Assembly (NCBI GenBank): GCA_963677495.2
Contig: CAXXOU010000001.1
Span: forward strand, 576,001-640,000
Reading direction: 5' to 3'
Source of the DNA: Candidatus Cloacimonadales bacterium
GTDB lineage: Bacteria; Cloacimonadota; Cloacimonadia; Cloacimonadales; JAFGVF01
DNA: 64,000 bases
Shown: in pieces, positions 37,900 through 47,779 of the stretch
Numbering within the stretch: position 1 is the stretch's first letter
How the letters are laid out: each line of letters begins with the position of its first letter
Program-made: the position numbers and the translations under genes
Notes under the pieces: model-generated
What the model saw: the letters and a program-made list of their open reading frames with translations, nothing else
The model's database searches: none
What the model was told of the DNA's origin: nothing

Positions 37900-39516
37900 C
37901 TATCCCTGTAATCTTTTTTTAATGTAGAATTGTTGAACAATTGAGAGTATGTTCATTGTAGTCCAATAGAGAACCAAGCCAGCAGGCATATTGCGGAAAA
38001 TGAAGAACATCATTACCGGCATAACATAGAGCATCATCTTCTGAGACTGCATCATAGCTGCTTGTTTCTCATCCACCTCACCTTTTTCATTAGTCATAGG
38101 TTTTGGTGTCATCATCTTCTGTTGAAGGAACATCATTACTGCCATAATAATAGGCAGAATGAATAATTTGTCAGGCTCTGAAAGATCGGTAATATAACCT
38201 ACGAAACCTGCCTGACGCATATCAAGGGAATAGCGAAGTACATTATAAAGGGCGATGAAAATCGGCATTTGTAATAGTAAAGGTAAGCAACCACCAAATG
38301 GAGACACCCCGTGTTCCTTATAGACCTTTTGAAGCTCTTCCTGCATTCTTTTAGGGTCGCTTTTGTAACGGGCTTGAACATCCTTAATCAGAGGTTGAAC
38401 CTTTTGCATTTTCTGTCCGGATTCAAAACTCTTATGAGTTAACGGATAAAGAACAGCTTTAAGTAAAATAGCGAGAATAATTAACACGATACCATAGTTA
38501 GGGATATATTTGTGTAGCCACTTGAGGAAAGCAGCAAAAACACCTGCTAATGGTTTAAGCCATTTGTATCCTCTTTCTACAACTGAATCAATACCCACAT
38601 TGAACTTTTTGAGTTCATCAACATCAGATGGTCCAAAATATAGTCTGTAATTATCTGCTAAGCTTCTGCTGTAATCAACATTGCGGACTTTTAAAACAAA
38701 AGCCGGACTCTCGTTTTCACGGAATGCAGTAATCTGGTTTGACTGAATCGCTTTGTCAGGAATGATTCCTAAAAGGAAGTATTTAGATCTTGTTACAGCC
38801 CAATCAGTTTTACCGGAAAACTCTTTAATAGCTTTGATCTTGCTGAGAGTAAGGGACTCAACAGCATTGTTAATCTGAGCTATGAATTTGTAGTCCATAC
38901 GTTTGTTTTTAACATAGTTTTCTGTGTCATTGATACCACAACCGAAATCGATGTCATAACCCTGAACAGCAGCCATACCATTCATGTCAACGGTCATACC
39001 AAGTGCATAGTTATCCATGATTGTGAATGTTTTCTCAAAAACACGTGTATTCTCACTCTCCAAATAGAATGTAACAGAGTTGCCACGCTCAGCAACAGAA
39101 TGCTTGAATACCATTTCCGAAAGAGGAGTTACGTCCTTTTCATCAATCAGTGTAAGTCCACCCAGTTCAGAATTCTCAGGAATAAGCTGAACAGGACTAT
39201 CATCACTCATATGGAAGTCGGTAAGGTAAACTTTGTGTACTGTGGCTCCTTTATTGGAGAAGTAGATTTTCATTTTATCATTAGCGATATAAATGTCGCT
39301 AGTAACTGCTATATCATTATTAACATCTAATGTTAGGTTCTCAGTATTAACAACAACAGGTTTCTCTGTTGCTTTTGGTGCAGCTTCAACTTCTGCTGCA
39401 ACTGTTTGAGTATCTACAGCCTTTGGCTGCTCAGTTTTGTTTTTCCAAATAAACTGTGTGCTCACAAAATAGATCGCTACCATAATAATGACAGCTAATA
39501 GGGTTCTTCTATCCAA
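37900..39516 (-). CDS. yidC: Membrane protein insertase YidC
   Basis: NYGIVLII, GGCLPLLLQMPIF, DLSEPD, PAGLVLYW. Confidence 0.95.
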   Translation of the reverse strand: MDRRTLLAVIIMVAIYFVSTQFIWKNKTEQPKAVDTQTVAAEVEAAPKATEKPVVVNTENLTLDVNNDIAVTSDIYIANDKMKIYFSNKGATVHKVYLTDFHMSDDSPVQLIPENSELGGLTLIDEKDVTPLSEMVFKHSVAERGNSVTFYLESENTRVFEKTFTIMDNYALGMTVDMNGMAAVQGYDIDFGCGINDTENYVKNKRMDYKFIAQINNAVESLTLSKIKAIKEFSGKTDWAVTRSKYFLLGIIPDKAIQSNQITAFRENESPAFVLKVRNVDYSRSLADNYRLYFGPSDVDELKKFNVGIDSVVERGYKWLKPLAGVFAAFLKWLHKYIPNYGIVLIILAILLKAVLYPLTHKSFESGQKMQKVQPLIKDVQARYKSDPKRMQEELQKVYKEHGVSPFGGCLPLLLQMPIFIALYNVLRYSLDMRQAGFVGYITDLSEPDKLFILPIIMAVMMFLQQKMMTPKPMTNEKGEVDEKQAAMMQSQKMMLYVMPVMMFFIFRNMPAGLVLYWTTMNILSIVQQFYIKKRLQG

Positions 39517-39537
39517 AATTATACTCCTGAAAAATAT

Positions 39538-39756
39538 TTAGGGTAACGGGTCAAATCCGCCCGGATGAAATGGATGACACTTAAGAATGCGTCTGATTGA
39601 TAAATAAAGTGCCTTAAAGAAGTTATACTTCTTGAAAGCTTGCATTGAATAGGTGCTACATGTTGGTGTAAATCTGCATGAAGGGGGAAGTATTGGGGAG
39701 ATGAAACGTTTATAAATGGTTATAAGAAAGATGAACAGGTTATTGAAAATTCTCAT
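39538..39756 (-). CDS. yidD: Membrane protein insertion efficiency factor
   Basis: [23 protein letters not shown]. Confidence 0.95.
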   Translation of the reverse strand: MRIFNNLFIFLITIYKRFISPILPPSCRFTPTCSTYSMQAFKKYNFFKALYLSIRRILKCHPFHPGGFDPLP

Positions 39757-39760
39757 TCAT

Positions 39761-40087
39761 TCACCTGGGTTCTAAACGCTTAAACAGCTTTTCCAAATCT
39801 TCATAGAGATTCTTCCAACTAGCTTTACTAACTCTGTTGAGAGCAATTATGTTTACTGCTGTATTACCGGGAAAAGATCTTTTCGTCTCCCGCAGCCAAG
39901 CCTTAACTCTTCTTTTAATAAGGTTTCTTGTAACTGCGTTTCCTACCTTTTTGCTTACAGTTATTCCCAGTGAAAATTCAGATTGCTCCCGATTTTCTAA
40001 AATTGCTACAATAAAGAATTGGGAACGAATAGTCTTTCTACAATCGTGAAACAGAAGATATTCGCTCCTCTTCTTTAAAAAAAGCAT
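39761..40087 (-). CDS. rnpA: Ribonuclease P protein component
   Basis: LGITVSKKVGNAVTRNLIKRR. Confidence 0.93.
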   Translation of the reverse strand: MLFLKKRSEYLLFHDCRKTIRSQFFIVAILENREQSEFSLGITVSKKVGNAVTRNLIKRRVKAWLRETKRSFPGNTAVNIIALNRVSKASWKNLYEDLEKLFKRLEPR

Positions 40088-40097
40088 TAATTAAAAG

Positions 40098-40232
40098 CTA
40101 TACAGTAAGAGTTTTTCTACCTTTAGCACGTCTTCTACTTAAGACTTTGCGTCCGGCAGCTGTACTCATTCTTTCACGGAATCCGTGTTTGTTTTTTCTT
40201 TTTCTGTTGTGTGGTTGGTATGTTCTTTTCAT
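40098..40232 (-). CDS. rpmH: 50S ribosomal protein L34 (44 aa; below the ORF-track cutoff)
   Basis: Manual translation [53 protein letters not shown]. Confidence 0.97.
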   Translation of the reverse strand: MKRTYQPHNRKRKNKHGFRERMSTAAGRKVLSRRRAKGRKTLTV

Positions 40233-40343
40233 TTATAACTCCTTAAAAATAATCATGTTTTATAGAGATTGTACAAATTCCGTTACTTAGAACAGGTGTC
40301 AAGTAAAAAATAATAACTTTAACTACTACAATCATTTACACTT

Positions 40344-40898
40344 CTATAGTGTTTTACCTATCCGAAGGGCTTCTTCCATCAGCTCTTCGTTATTCTGAGC
40401 ATCATCAGGATTTATCATTGAGCCTACAAGCATTGAACTGCTTTTTTCCATCTTGAAGAAACGGCTTAACCATGATTGTAAGAACTCTTCAACTGATCTG
40501 TATGTCTCATTGGGAGCACCGGATGTTACTACAGTTATAAACTTCTTTCCCGGAAGAAATCGTACTGTGTAATCCTTTCTACCAAAAGTGTAAAACCTAT
40601 CAATTAACGTTTTCATGGGCCCGGTCACATGTCCAATATAGATTGGAGAGCCTAAAATTATTACATCTGCTTCTACAATCTTAGGATAAATATCCTGAAG
40701 TCCATCTTTTATAACGCAGAAGTTAACCTTCTCATCCTTACATGCTTTACAAGCGATACAGCCTTTTAGCTCCAAGTCATAGACATGTACCATCTCAACT
40801 TCATGACCGTTACTTTTGGCTCCATCCAATATCTTCTGCATTAATGATGCTGTATTCCCTCTTTTACGTGGGCTTCCGTTTAAAGCTAATACTTTCAT
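40344..40898 (-). CDS. Iron-sulfur flavoprotein / flavodoxin-family protein
   Basis: GSPRKRGNT, CIACKAC..C, GSPIY, KTLIDR. Confidence 0.9.
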   Translation of the reverse strand: MKVLALNGSPRKRGNTASLMQKILDGAKSNGHEVEMVHVYDLELKGCIACKACKDEKVNFCVIKDGLQDIYPKIVEADVIILGSPIYIGHVTGPMKTLIDRFYTFGRKDYTVRFLPGKKFITVVTSGAPNETYRSVEEFLQSWLSRFFKMEKSSSMLVGSMINPDDAQNNEELMEEALRIGKTL

Positions 40899-41614
40899 TA
40901 TCTTCCTCCTAATAACAACGGTACTACTACTGTAACAACCAAAGCTGACATAATATACAATGTGTCAACAAGCTTCCATTTCACCTCTAACAAAAAGGTC
41001 TTATCCTGATTCAATCCTCTTGAAGAAAGACTCAAACCAGCTTGTGATGAATACCTTCCAGCACTCACTAACAATGGAAAGATAAGCTTTATTGACTTAG
41101 TTTTCTTCCCAAACCTTTGTTTATTAATTAGCCTAATTCTCTTATACTCATCCTTAAGATGATAGAATGCATTAAAAGCCGCTAGCAACGAATATCCTAT
41201 ATGTGTATGAAGCTTAAAATTCTGCATCAATGAAACAACCAGCTTGTTGTACTGTATTGATGTAACATAAGTCAGTGATATCATAGACATGCAGAAACTT
41301 CTAACTGTCAATCTAATTGCATTTTCCCAAGCTGCAGTATATATTACAATATTTCCAAGCCTATAAAGCACTTGAGTTTGCTCTTTATCTGCAGTATTAA
41401 CTAAAGCCGTTACAAAAACTGATAATGTCGGTATCAGCAAAAATGCAAGCAACTTTAACAACAAAGGATTAATTGGATTCCTATGAACAAGCAAGAAAAG
41501 CAATGCTAACGCTAACATTGTCATAAACAATACACTTGAATTTCCAAACAACACAGGTGTAATGAACACAAAGGCAGCTATAAGGACACTTGCTTCGTTC
41601 AATCTTAACTTCAT
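40898..41614 (-). CDS. ECF transporter transmembrane T component (CbiQ/EcfT-like)
   Basis: TM helices plus coupling-helix Arg motifs (KQRF, SSRG) and LIFPLL. Confidence 0.7.
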   Translation of the reverse strand: MKLRLNEASVLIAAFVFITPVLFGNSSVLFMTMLALALLFLLVHRNPINPLLLKLLAFLLIPTLSVFVTALVNTADKEQTQVLYRLGNIVIYTAAWENAIRLTVRSFCMSMISLTYVTSIQYNKLVVSLMQNFKLHTHIGYSLLAAFNAFYHLKDEYKRIRLINKQRFGKKTKSIKLIFPLLVSAGRYSSQAGLSLSSRGLNQDKTFLLEVKWKLVDTLYIMSALVVTVVVPLLLGGR

Positions 41615-42219
41615 TAGATAGTTAAAGTAGCCTCTGATGTTAATTCTGATGCGATATCATACATGTTAGATACTTTACCTACTTTAAGCTTCTCCGCAAT
41701 TCCGAAGAAATTCAGGCATGTACCACAAACAAGAAGTTCAACACCCTTGCTTTCTAGCATCTTAAGATTATCTAATGTTTCTGCCCCTTCAACACAAAGC
41801 TTAACTGCTGAGTTCATAAATAAGATGGACTTAGGCATGTTATCTACTTCATTCAATGAATAGATAAATGCTTTCATTAGGTTACCACCTAGCTCATCAT
41901 CTCCTCGTCCGATGCAGTTACTGTTAATGAAGACAGCTTTACCTTTACTGGCAGGCAAATCGCATTTGTAATCAGATGCATTAATTGGCTTCACTTCCAC
42001 ATCTGCTGACACTGCAATCTCTATTTCAAACTTATCACCCTTCTCAGTAACACTATTTATGGCACAACCCTGTTTTTCTGCAAATCTACTTACGTTATCT
42101 CTTGCAGCTGGATTATCAACAATCACAATCAAAGTCTCAATGTTCTCACCTAAAGCTTCTTTTGTCATAAGTACGGGTTTCGGACAAGCAAGCCCGGATG
42201 TATCAATTGTCTTCTTCAT
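41614..42219 (-). CDS. yedF: Selenium metabolism protein YedF (TusA + DsrE-like domains)
   Basis: DTSGLACPKPV, GRGDDELG, LVCGTCL, GKVSNMY. Confidence 0.88.
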   Translation of the reverse strand: MKKTIDTSGLACPKPVLMTKEALGENIETLIVIVDNPAARDNVSRFAEKQGCAINSVTEKGDKFEIEIAVSADVEVKPINASDYKCDLPASKGKAVFINSNCIGRGDDELGGNLMKAFIYSLNEVDNMPKSILFMNSAVKLCVEGAETLDNLKMLESKGVELLVCGTCLNFFGIAEKLKVGKVSNMYDIASELTSEATLTI

Positions 42220-42457
42220 ATCTCTTCTTTTCTCCATCTTCTATCACTTTGTAGATGTGACTAAACTTCAACTCATTCTCATTGAAGAAATCTCTCACTT
42301 CACCAATACCAGCATTATGTACAAGAATCGTGAACCCACACTCTTTACTTATTTCCCTCGGAGTTGGAATTATCTCACCTGATAACTCGCTTGCTTGTAC
42401 AATCTTCTTTGCTTTCATCGCATGGTGAGTCGATTGAAATGTCACAACAATGTTCAT
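42203..42457 (-). CDS. DUF3343 putative Se/S carrier protein
   Basis: FQSTHHAMK, IPTPREISKECG. Confidence 0.85.
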   Translation of the reverse strand: MNIVVTFQSTHHAMKAKKIVQASELSGEIIPTPREISKECGFTILVHNAGIGEVRDFFNENELKFSHIYKVIEDGEKKRYEEDN

Positions 42458-43491
42458 TAAACTATTTTCATTCCTTTAAAACTATTAGTGCAATAGCCAA
42501 CTTTGAAAGCATCAATATTACTATTTTTTAATGCTTCCAGCAATTTATCTTCTTCATCTGCAGGAATCGCAAATATCAAACCACCTGATGTCTGTGGATC
42601 AAACACGATGTCCAAATACTCAGCTTTAGTATCCTCGAAATCAATAACCATCTCTTTTCGATACTCTTTGTTGCGATAAGTTCCACCGGGAACCATCCCC
42701 ATCTCTGCCATATCTAAGACTTCGGGCAGTAGATGAAGTGAATTAAACATAATCTCAACGCCCAAATCGCTTTCATCAAGCATTTCGCAGATATGTCCAC
42801 CTAATCCAAAGCCTGTTACATCTGTGCAGGCATGGATCGTAAAGTCTGCTGCTACTTCAGATGCTACTTTGTTTAACTGACACATATACTTCTCAGCAAT
42901 AGAGATAGTTTCTGAGCTAATCATATCACCTTTCATTGCTGTATTGAGTATACCATTCCCAATCGGTTTTGTTAGGATAAGCACATCACCTTCAGATAGT
43001 GAGTTATTTAGCTTTATCTTATCAGGATGTACAGTACCCGTAACAGCTAAACCATACTTGACTTCTTCATCAGTGATACTATGACCGCCAACTAATGCAA
43101 CCCCGGCTTCTACCAGTTTTGATAATCCACCTGCATTAATCTGTCTTAAGACTTCAATATCCATTTTCTTATCAGGAAAAGCTACAATGCTCATCGCAGT
43201 TATTGGCTTTCCCCCCATCGCATAGATATCAGACAGGGCATTCGCTGCAGCTATCTGTCCAAATGTGTAGGGATCATCCACAATAGGTGGAAAGAAATCC
43301 ACGGTTTGAACTAAAGCAGTTTCATCATTAATCTTATATACACCTGCATCATCAGAGTGCTTATAATCTACAAGTAGGTTTTCATATTCAGGTTGTTTCA
43401 AACCACATAAAGCTTTGCTAAGGACCCCCGGTCCCAACTTAGCTCCTCAACCGGCAGCAGTTGTTTGTTTAGTAAGAAATACTTTTTCCAA
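42457..43491 (-). CDS. selD: Selenide, water dikinase, selenocysteine-containing (Sec15), 344 aa
   Basis: TTG start 43491 after GGAG; MEKVFLTKQTTAAG-TGA-GAKLGPG is in frame with the 42457..43437 ORF (DDAGVY, QTVDFF, NALSDIYAMGG, DPQTSGGL). Confidence 0.93.
43417..43446 (-). promoter_or_regulatory. Bacterial SECIS-like hairpin immediately 3' of the UGA
   Basis: UGA-GGA-GCUAAG-UUG-GGACC-GGG-GGUCC-UUAGC: lower stem GCUAA/UUAGC, upper stem GGACC/GGUCC, G-rich apical loop. Confidence 0.75.
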
Positions 43492-43492
43492 A

Positions 43493-44632
43493 TCAACTCC
43501 TTATATATCTTTCAATAATTTCAAGTGTCTTTGTTATTTCAGTCTCTGTTGTGAAAGGTCCCGGACTTAAGCGTACCGTTCCTCCACCACTGAATGTTTT
43601 CATAGTTTTATGTGCTGATGGGGCACAATGCAATCCCATTCTAACTGCTATATCATTTCTATCAAGATAAGATGTCAAATCAGCTATTGTACCTTTATCA
43701 GGAACTATTGAGATAATCCCAAGGTTTTCTTCCGGCTTAGTTGAATAAATCCTTATCCCATCAATTGCTTCAATGCCATTGTAGAGCAGTTTCATTAACT
43801 TTAATTTCTTCTCTCTAATTGAATCTATTCCTTCACTAAGAAGAAATTCAGTTGCTCTCTTCAAACCGGCTATTCCATGGATATTATGAGTACCACTCTC
43901 TAATAAGTCTGGATAGAAATCAGGCTGCAATTCGTCATCTGACACACTACCGGTTCCACCAAATAGTATTGGTCTTAACTCCGTATTAGGAGAGACATAG
44001 ATAGCTCCGGTGCCGGTAGGTCCTAATAACCCTTTATGCCCCGGGAAGCAGAAAACATCTGCACCAAGCTCATCTACACTGATGGGGATATGCCCTACAG
44101 CTTGTGCTCCATCGACAATAACTCTACATCTAATAGATTTTGCTTTAGATATAATAATATCAAGTGGCATTATGTTACCAATTACATTTGACCCGGCAGT
44201 CACGACAAGAAGGTCAGGTTTTGATTCAATAGCCTTGTCAAAGCTATTCCAATCAGGTTGGAAATTGTTATCAAGATCAAAGATATCAAGTTCAATGTTT
44301 CCTCTTTGCTCGTAATCTCTGAGAATTCTCATCACCGAATTATGCTCAATCGGAGATGTTAGAACACGCATTCCACGCTCAACAGTACCTTGGATAGCCA
44401 TATTCAAAGCCATTGTACAGTTCAACGTAAAAGCTATTCTATCCTCATATTTAATACCTAACAAATCTGCAAGAAACTCTCTGGTTTCAAGCAATAACAT
44501 AGTCGTGTTTATGGCAGCTTGGTGAGAAGACCTATTAGCATTACCATATGCAGAATTAAGTGTTTCTAGCACAGCCTTATTAACTCCCGGTGCTTTCGGA
44601 AATGATGTTGCAGCATTATCTAAATATATCAT
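43493..44632 (-). CDS. Cysteine desulfurase / selenocysteine lyase family (class V PLP enzyme)
   Basis: YLDNAATS, EHNS, DGAQ, PGHKGLLGP, ESGT, RMGLHCAP; ATG 44632 has a GGAG RBS. Confidence 0.9.
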   Translation of the reverse strand: MIYLDNAATSFPKAPGVNKAVLETLNSAYGNANRSSHQAAINTTMLLLETREFLADLLGIKYEDRIAFTLNCTMALNMAIQGTVERGMRVLTSPIEHNSVMRILRDYEQRGNIELDIFDLDNNFQPDWNSFDKAIESKPDLLVVTAGSNVIGNIMPLDIIISKAKSIRCRVIVDGAQAVGHIPISVDELGADVFCFPGHKGLLGPTGTGAIYVSPNTELRPILFGGTGSVSDDELQPDFYPDLLESGTHNIHGIAGLKRATEFLLSEGIDSIREKKLKLMKLLYNGIEAIDGIRIYSTKPEENLGIISIVPDKGTIADLTSYLDRNDIAVRMGLHCAPSAHKTMKTFSGGGTVRLSPGPFTTETEITKTLEIIERYIRS

Positions 44633-44774
44633 TTTTCTCCTTACAAAATCCACCTATGGTAATAATAAGAACTGTTTTCGCATGTCAATAGTTATTCTTT
44701 GCCTCTGGATTGGTTCGAAATGAGTTGACGAGTTGAGATGGTAATGATGAATTCCTACTAAACTACTGTCTTAC

Positions 44775-47183
44775 TTATTTGACTACCATCATCTTTCCTA
44801 CAGCTTTGATATCATCACAACTAACCTTATAGAAATATATTCCTGATGCTACTGATTTACGATAGTTGTCTTTGCAATCCCAAACCTGAGAATAATATTC
44901 TCCTGTTTGCTTTTCATCTGAGGATAAACCTGCACTGCGAATAAGTTGCGAGAAGCTTCGGTTAATCTTTAAATCTCTTACTTTTTGACCGTTGATATTG
45001 AAGATCTCCAGGCTTGGATTATCTTTCGTTTCTTTGGGGAGTGTAAACTCAATCAATGCAACCCTTCCCCTACTACCATTAGGTGTTATAGGGTTGGGAT
45101 AGTGTGAAACAGCTATTTTATTCGGTGGAGTTGGAACTGTCTCATCACAACTTTCAACTGTGGGATTGTATTCATGAGCTCCGATATCAATAATTCCATC
45201 CCACACTCTATCGTTACCAGTTATATCCAACGTGGGTAAATTCATTCCTAATGTATCTGGAGTTCCAGCATCTATACATGGAGAGTTTGCCGATAACTGT
45301 ACCCATCTTGGGTCATCTATTGGTATATCACCATTAATATCTCCTCGAAACAATGGGTTTTCATTTATGTTATGTATTCCCCAGTTAATAATATCATTAT
45401 CATTAATATAGACAGTTTCATCAGTTAAACCATTATTAACATTACAGAAATCAATATCGATAACAGTAGCAGTTTCTGGATAAAATATACTATAAGTAGT
45501 GCCAATTTCTTGTTGTAACTCTGTATTAAAGAAAATACTATTGCGAATGCTTAGTGACCCATTCACATCCAAACAAGTACCAGGGCTTGAATTATTAGCT
45601 ATTGTCATGTTTGATAAATAACCTTGATTGTAACGATTATCTATCAACATTAAATTTGAAGACTCTGAAACATTGTTGTAAATTAGGGCATTCCTGATCT
45701 CTAGATTCCCGTTTATGGATTCAGTATTATAATTCTTATAGGTGAGTAATTCATGATCATAACAAACACTATTGTTTGTAATTATAAGATTGTTCAAATT
45801 AACATCACTATGTATCAGTGAAATCATGTCCTCGCATACATTTCCTCCACCAGGTGGTGGGAAGTTGTTTATGATATTATTCGCAATCAAGTTGTTAAAC
45901 TGGATATTATCACTAAAAGAGAGTAATACTACTGAAAAATCTTCCTCATTTCTAGCTATATCAGAGAAATCTACACTCTCAATTAAAGTATTGTTTGTCC
46001 AGTCGATCACCAAACCTGGATAGTCACAATCATTCTCACTAAATGAAACATCATGAATGTAAATATCTGTACAACAATATGTTCGAAAAGTATTCCCACT
46101 TGATGAGTTGTTACGTTTTATAGTAAAATTACCAATATCAATACCTTCAACCCCAGTTAAGTTAACGGAATTTTCACCCCAATCCCCACCCAGAATCGTT
46201 TGATCTGGTCCAGCTCCCAGCATATTGGTATAGGACTGGAGAGAGATTGGAAATCTTTGATTACTAGAAACCTCACTGTATATTCCGGGTAATATGTGTA
46301 CAGTATTGGGGTTAGAACTATTTGATAGTATCTTTCGATTTGCTAATGCAATGGATCTTAAAGCTGTATCTTCAGTTAAACCATCGTTATTATCATCACC
46401 GAACGGAGAAACATATAAATCAGAGTCAATTTGATCTATGAACCCATTTTGGGCTGTAACAGTTGTACTAGTCACATTTCCTGGTCTAAGAAATGAAACG
46501 AAGTATCCATCAGGTTGAGGAGTTACTACACTAAGTGTATCTAGTACTATATCATTACTTGAAGAGAATTTTAAGCATATATCTTGAATAACACCTAAAT
46601 TATTGTGGACACTATTTAAACTTACCGGATCAAACCAAAGATGTCCCGTAAAAGTGTCAATTCCACCACCCCGCATATAACCAACATTATTTCTTATTAC
46701 ATTCCCCGATAGATTCAAGAAACTATGGCTACTACACCAAATTCCTCCACCTTTGGCTGCGAAGTTGCCTTCAATTATACAGTTTGAAACTGTAAAAGTG
46801 CTATACCCTCTTTGGATAATACCACCACCAAAGCCTGAGTTTCCATTTGTAAGAGTAATTCCATCAAGATATGCGTTATCTTCATATTGAAAAATAGAAA
46901 CACAACTACCTTGCTCATTTCCATCTATAATAGTCGATTCAACAACACTCCAATCAGGATTTGTTAAATATTCACTGCAAATGGTTATGCTTTTACCTGA
47001 ATAATTAATATTTTCAAAATATGTTCCGGGATGAACAAGTATAGTATCACCATCATTTGAAACATCAATAGCTGATTGGATAGTTGTATAAGGATGCGAA
47101 CCATCAAGTGATACTTCATGAAGAAGAGACTCCAATGCACACAGCATGAAGAACACTGAGAATAATAGAATTAACCTTTTCAT
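44775..47183 (-). CDS. Secreted parallel beta-helix / DUF1565-like protein with CTD (802 aa); paralogue of 14976..17360
   Basis: TIQSAI..GDTILVHPGTYFENI, LYVSPFGDDNNDG, SPCIDAG..IDIGAHE, CTD ending KMMVVK. Confidence 0.8.
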   Translation of the reverse strand: MKRLILLFSVFFMLCALESLLHEVSLDGSHPYTTIQSAIDVSNDGDTILVHPGTYFENINYSGKSITICSEYLTNPDWSVVESTIIDGNEQGSCVSIFQYEDNAYLDGITLTNGNSGFGGGIIQRGYSTFTVSNCIIEGNFAAKGGGIWCSSHSFLNLSGNVIRNNVGYMRGGGIDTFTGHLWFDPVSLNSVHNNLGVIQDICLKFSSSNDIVLDTLSVVTPQPDGYFVSFLRPGNVTSTTVTAQNGFIDQIDSDLYVSPFGDDNNDGLTEDTALRSIALANRKILSNSSNPNTVHILPGIYSEVSSNQRFPISLQSYTNMLGAGPDQTILGGDWGENSVNLTGVEGIDIGNFTIKRNNSSSGNTFRTYCCTDIYIHDVSFSENDCDYPGLVIDWTNNTLIESVDFSDIARNEEDFSVVLLSFSDNIQFNNLIANNIINNFPPPGGGNVCEDMISLIHSDVNLNNLIITNNSVCYDHELLTYKNYNTESINGNLEIRNALIYNNVSESSNLMLIDNRYNQGYLSNMTIANNSSPGTCLDVNGSLSIRNSIFFNTELQQEIGTTYSIFYPETATVIDIDFCNVNNGLTDETVYINDNDIINWGIHNINENPLFRGDINGDIPIDDPRWVQLSANSPCIDAGTPDTLGMNLPTLDITGNDRVWDGIIDIGAHEYNPTVESCDETVPTPPNKIAVSHYPNPITPNGSRGRVALIEFTLPKETKDNPSLEIFNINGQKVRDLKINRSFSQLIRSAGLSSDEKQTGEYYSQVWDCKDNYRKSVASGIYFYKVSCDDIKAVGKMMVVK

Positions 47184-47201
47184 TGCTCCTACCTTTGTTA
47201 G

Positions 47202-47245
47202 GACTCAATATTTGGAAGCTTCAATCAGATTCGAAATATTGGGTC
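47202..47245 (-). promoter_or_regulatory. Conserved 5' leader hairpin, copy 2
   Basis: GACCCAATATTTCGAA-TCTGATTGAAGC-TTCCAAATATTGAGTC; lies downstream of TTGACA-N17-TAACCT (47290-47262). Confidence 0.65.
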
Positions 47246-47401
47246 TTTATATTCTAAAAAAAGGTTAGGGACTAGATTTGAACATGTCAAGAACTAAATA
47301 CCATTAATAACAGCCTTCATGTAAAGTTAATGTACATATTACCTTTTCCTGCATCCAGCACTTAGCATTTAGCCAACTCTATACCTTCTCTTTATCTAAT
47401 T

Positions 47402-47545
47402 GCATCAAGAACATCTTTGCACCCTCAAATAAGTTATGCACATGATGTGGATAACTTTAGGGGTTCATAGGGAGGGTCTAGGGAGGCTAAAGGGTGGGAC
47501 AAGCGAGATTCAAGGTTTTTGATGAGATTAGATAAAGAGAACCAG
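47402..47545. repeat. Dispersed ~145-bp element with paired DnaA boxes and 11-bp phased AGGGAGG repeats, copy 1
   Basis: TTATGCACA at 47434-47442 and TGTGGATAA at 47446-47454; homologue at 58918-59064. Confidence 0.8.
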
Positions 47546-47721
47546 TTAACAGAATTGTATTGGGAGGTTATATATTTAAGAGATGAAAAAGTCTAAACAA
47601 AACTTTACAAGCCTGTGATTCTATAATGAAAAGTAAGAATCAAGCTTGATGAGAGCTCGCAGATCAGAAGAAACAATCTAAGACATTCTGAAAGATGAAA
47701 AAGTAAAGAGCCCCACCCCAA

Positions 47722-47748
47722 AAAACAAAGCCCGATTTGAAATCGGGC
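47722..47748 (-). terminator. Probable terminator
   Basis: GCCCGAT/ATCGGGC stem followed by TTTGTTTTT on the minus strand. Confidence 0.6.
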
Positions 47749-47779
47749 GATGAGCTTATTGGTGAGTAGTTTGGGGTAA

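Noticed and set aside
47458..47500. G-quadruplex in the AGGG repeats
   Set aside because: Possible in principle, but the strict 11-bp phasing is better explained by a duplex protein-binding array, and it cannot be tested from sequence alone.
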